Positions 62,950 to 64,000 of a stretch of 64,000 bases of DNA are shown here, piece after piece. Both the position numbers and the translations under genes were made by a program. The stretch is from assembly GCF_006345805.1 (NCBI RefSeq), contig NC_043024.1:7316001-7380000 (forward strand), in the 5' to 3' direction. Under the pieces are notes generated by a model, which had not been told where the DNA came from, made no database searches, and worked only from the letters and a program-made list of their open reading frames with translations. The stretch's first letter is position 1. Each line of letters begins with the position of its first letter. The DNA comes from Octopus sinensis. Taxonomy: Eukaryota.

Positions 62950-64000
62950 GTACACCACAGAGGTGATATATGCATTCACTACTTCTGCTCAGGTAACGGA
63001 CAAAAACGGGAAGGCAAAACTTGCCCCATGATAAAAATTGCAGGAAACACAGATACAGAACGACTTTATCTGCCAAGAAAAGAGGGAGGCCGTGGACTTT
63101 TACAACTGGCAATAACAGTGAAGATTGCTACAATTGGCCTAGACACCTACCTGAAAAACTCTGAGGACTGGATGTTAAAACTTGTCTCAAAACATTAAAA
63201 CAAGAAAGCATCATACTCAGTAACAAAACAGGCAAAGGAATATCTAAGTGAATTCCAAATACAACAAATTCCGGAATTAGAGATAAACATACAAGAAACA
63301 GGCACAGAAAAAGCTAAGCGCATGAAAACCCGTGCTAAATCTGCGGCCTTAGATATTCTGAATGATAAATGGCAAGAAAAACCTCTCTATGGCAAATACC
63401 CTCCAGTGCTTGAAAATGATCACATCTCACTCTTCTGGAACTTCACCATTCAAACTGACAGAAAGATAGACGAGAATAGGCCAGACATCATATTGAAAGA
63501 CTTCAGACAAAAATCATGCCTCCTCATTGATATGACTGTCCCAATCGATATGAACATATCTGTCAAGACCTACCAGAAACTGAGCAAATATAAAGATCTT
63601 GAAATAGAAATTAGCAAAATGTGGAACCTGAAGACTAAAACAATGCCTGTTGCCATAGGTGTCCTGGGAATGATAGAAAAAGGGGCTGATTGCTACGTAG
63701 CTCAGATACCAGGAAACCCCAAAATGGTAGAAATTCAAAAGATAGTGCTCATGGGAACTGCTCATATCCTACGCAAAATACTTCCTATGTAATCTCAAGT
63801 TTTAAAACAAACATAATTTTCTTATGGTTTCTTAAACATTCTCTAGAACAACACTATGTACAAAACCAAATATATGGCACACTAGGCATAACACCAACAT
63901 GAACTCCAACTTGTTGTCTCTTGAGGTCTCTGGGTGAGACTTGGAGCCAACTTGTACAAATGTAAAGCAAAAGTCAAACATAAAATAATAATAATAATAA
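62950..64000 (+). mobile_element. R4/Dong-like non-LTR retrotransposon 3' end with restriction-like endonuclease
   Basis: ORF 63322-63792: FWNFTIQTDRKIDENRPDIIL...LIDMTVP...KLSKYKDL...PVAIGVLG; (TAA)n tail at the window end. Confidence 0.85.

Overview
Eukaryotic, AT-rich, repeat-dense DNA. The SINE families and microsatellite load point to an octopus (inference). Host genes, all on the minus strand: (1) the first coding exon of a RanBP2/Nup358 orthologue (12990-13061) with a CpG-rich promoter region; exon 2 was not recognised in the window. (2) Two tandem peptidoglycan-recognition protein genes, PGRP-A (28169 to about 36378) and PGRP-B (47308 to about 62378). Each has three PGRP-domain exons, all four amidase/Zn residues and a candidate upstream 55-nt exon. 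The paralogues differ at the dipeptide linked to Lys- versus DAP-type peptidoglycan discrimination (Asp-Phe in A, Gly-Trp in B). PGRP-A has lost 36 nt at the 5' end of its first domain exon, which breaks frame with the upstream exon. An in-frame, SINE-edge ATG with a hydrophobic leader lies directly upstream. The rest is transposon-derived: two tRNA-derived SINE families (some inserted as TSD-flanked multimers); RTE, CR1, Tx1-like, R4-like and Penelope retroelement remnants, including a candidate minimal hammerhead ribozyme; Tc1/mariner, hAT, piggyBac-like and Merlin-like MITEs; Helitrons; long foldbacks; and a 100-N assembly gap. Most ORFs in the supplied track are microsatellite or SINE artefacts.
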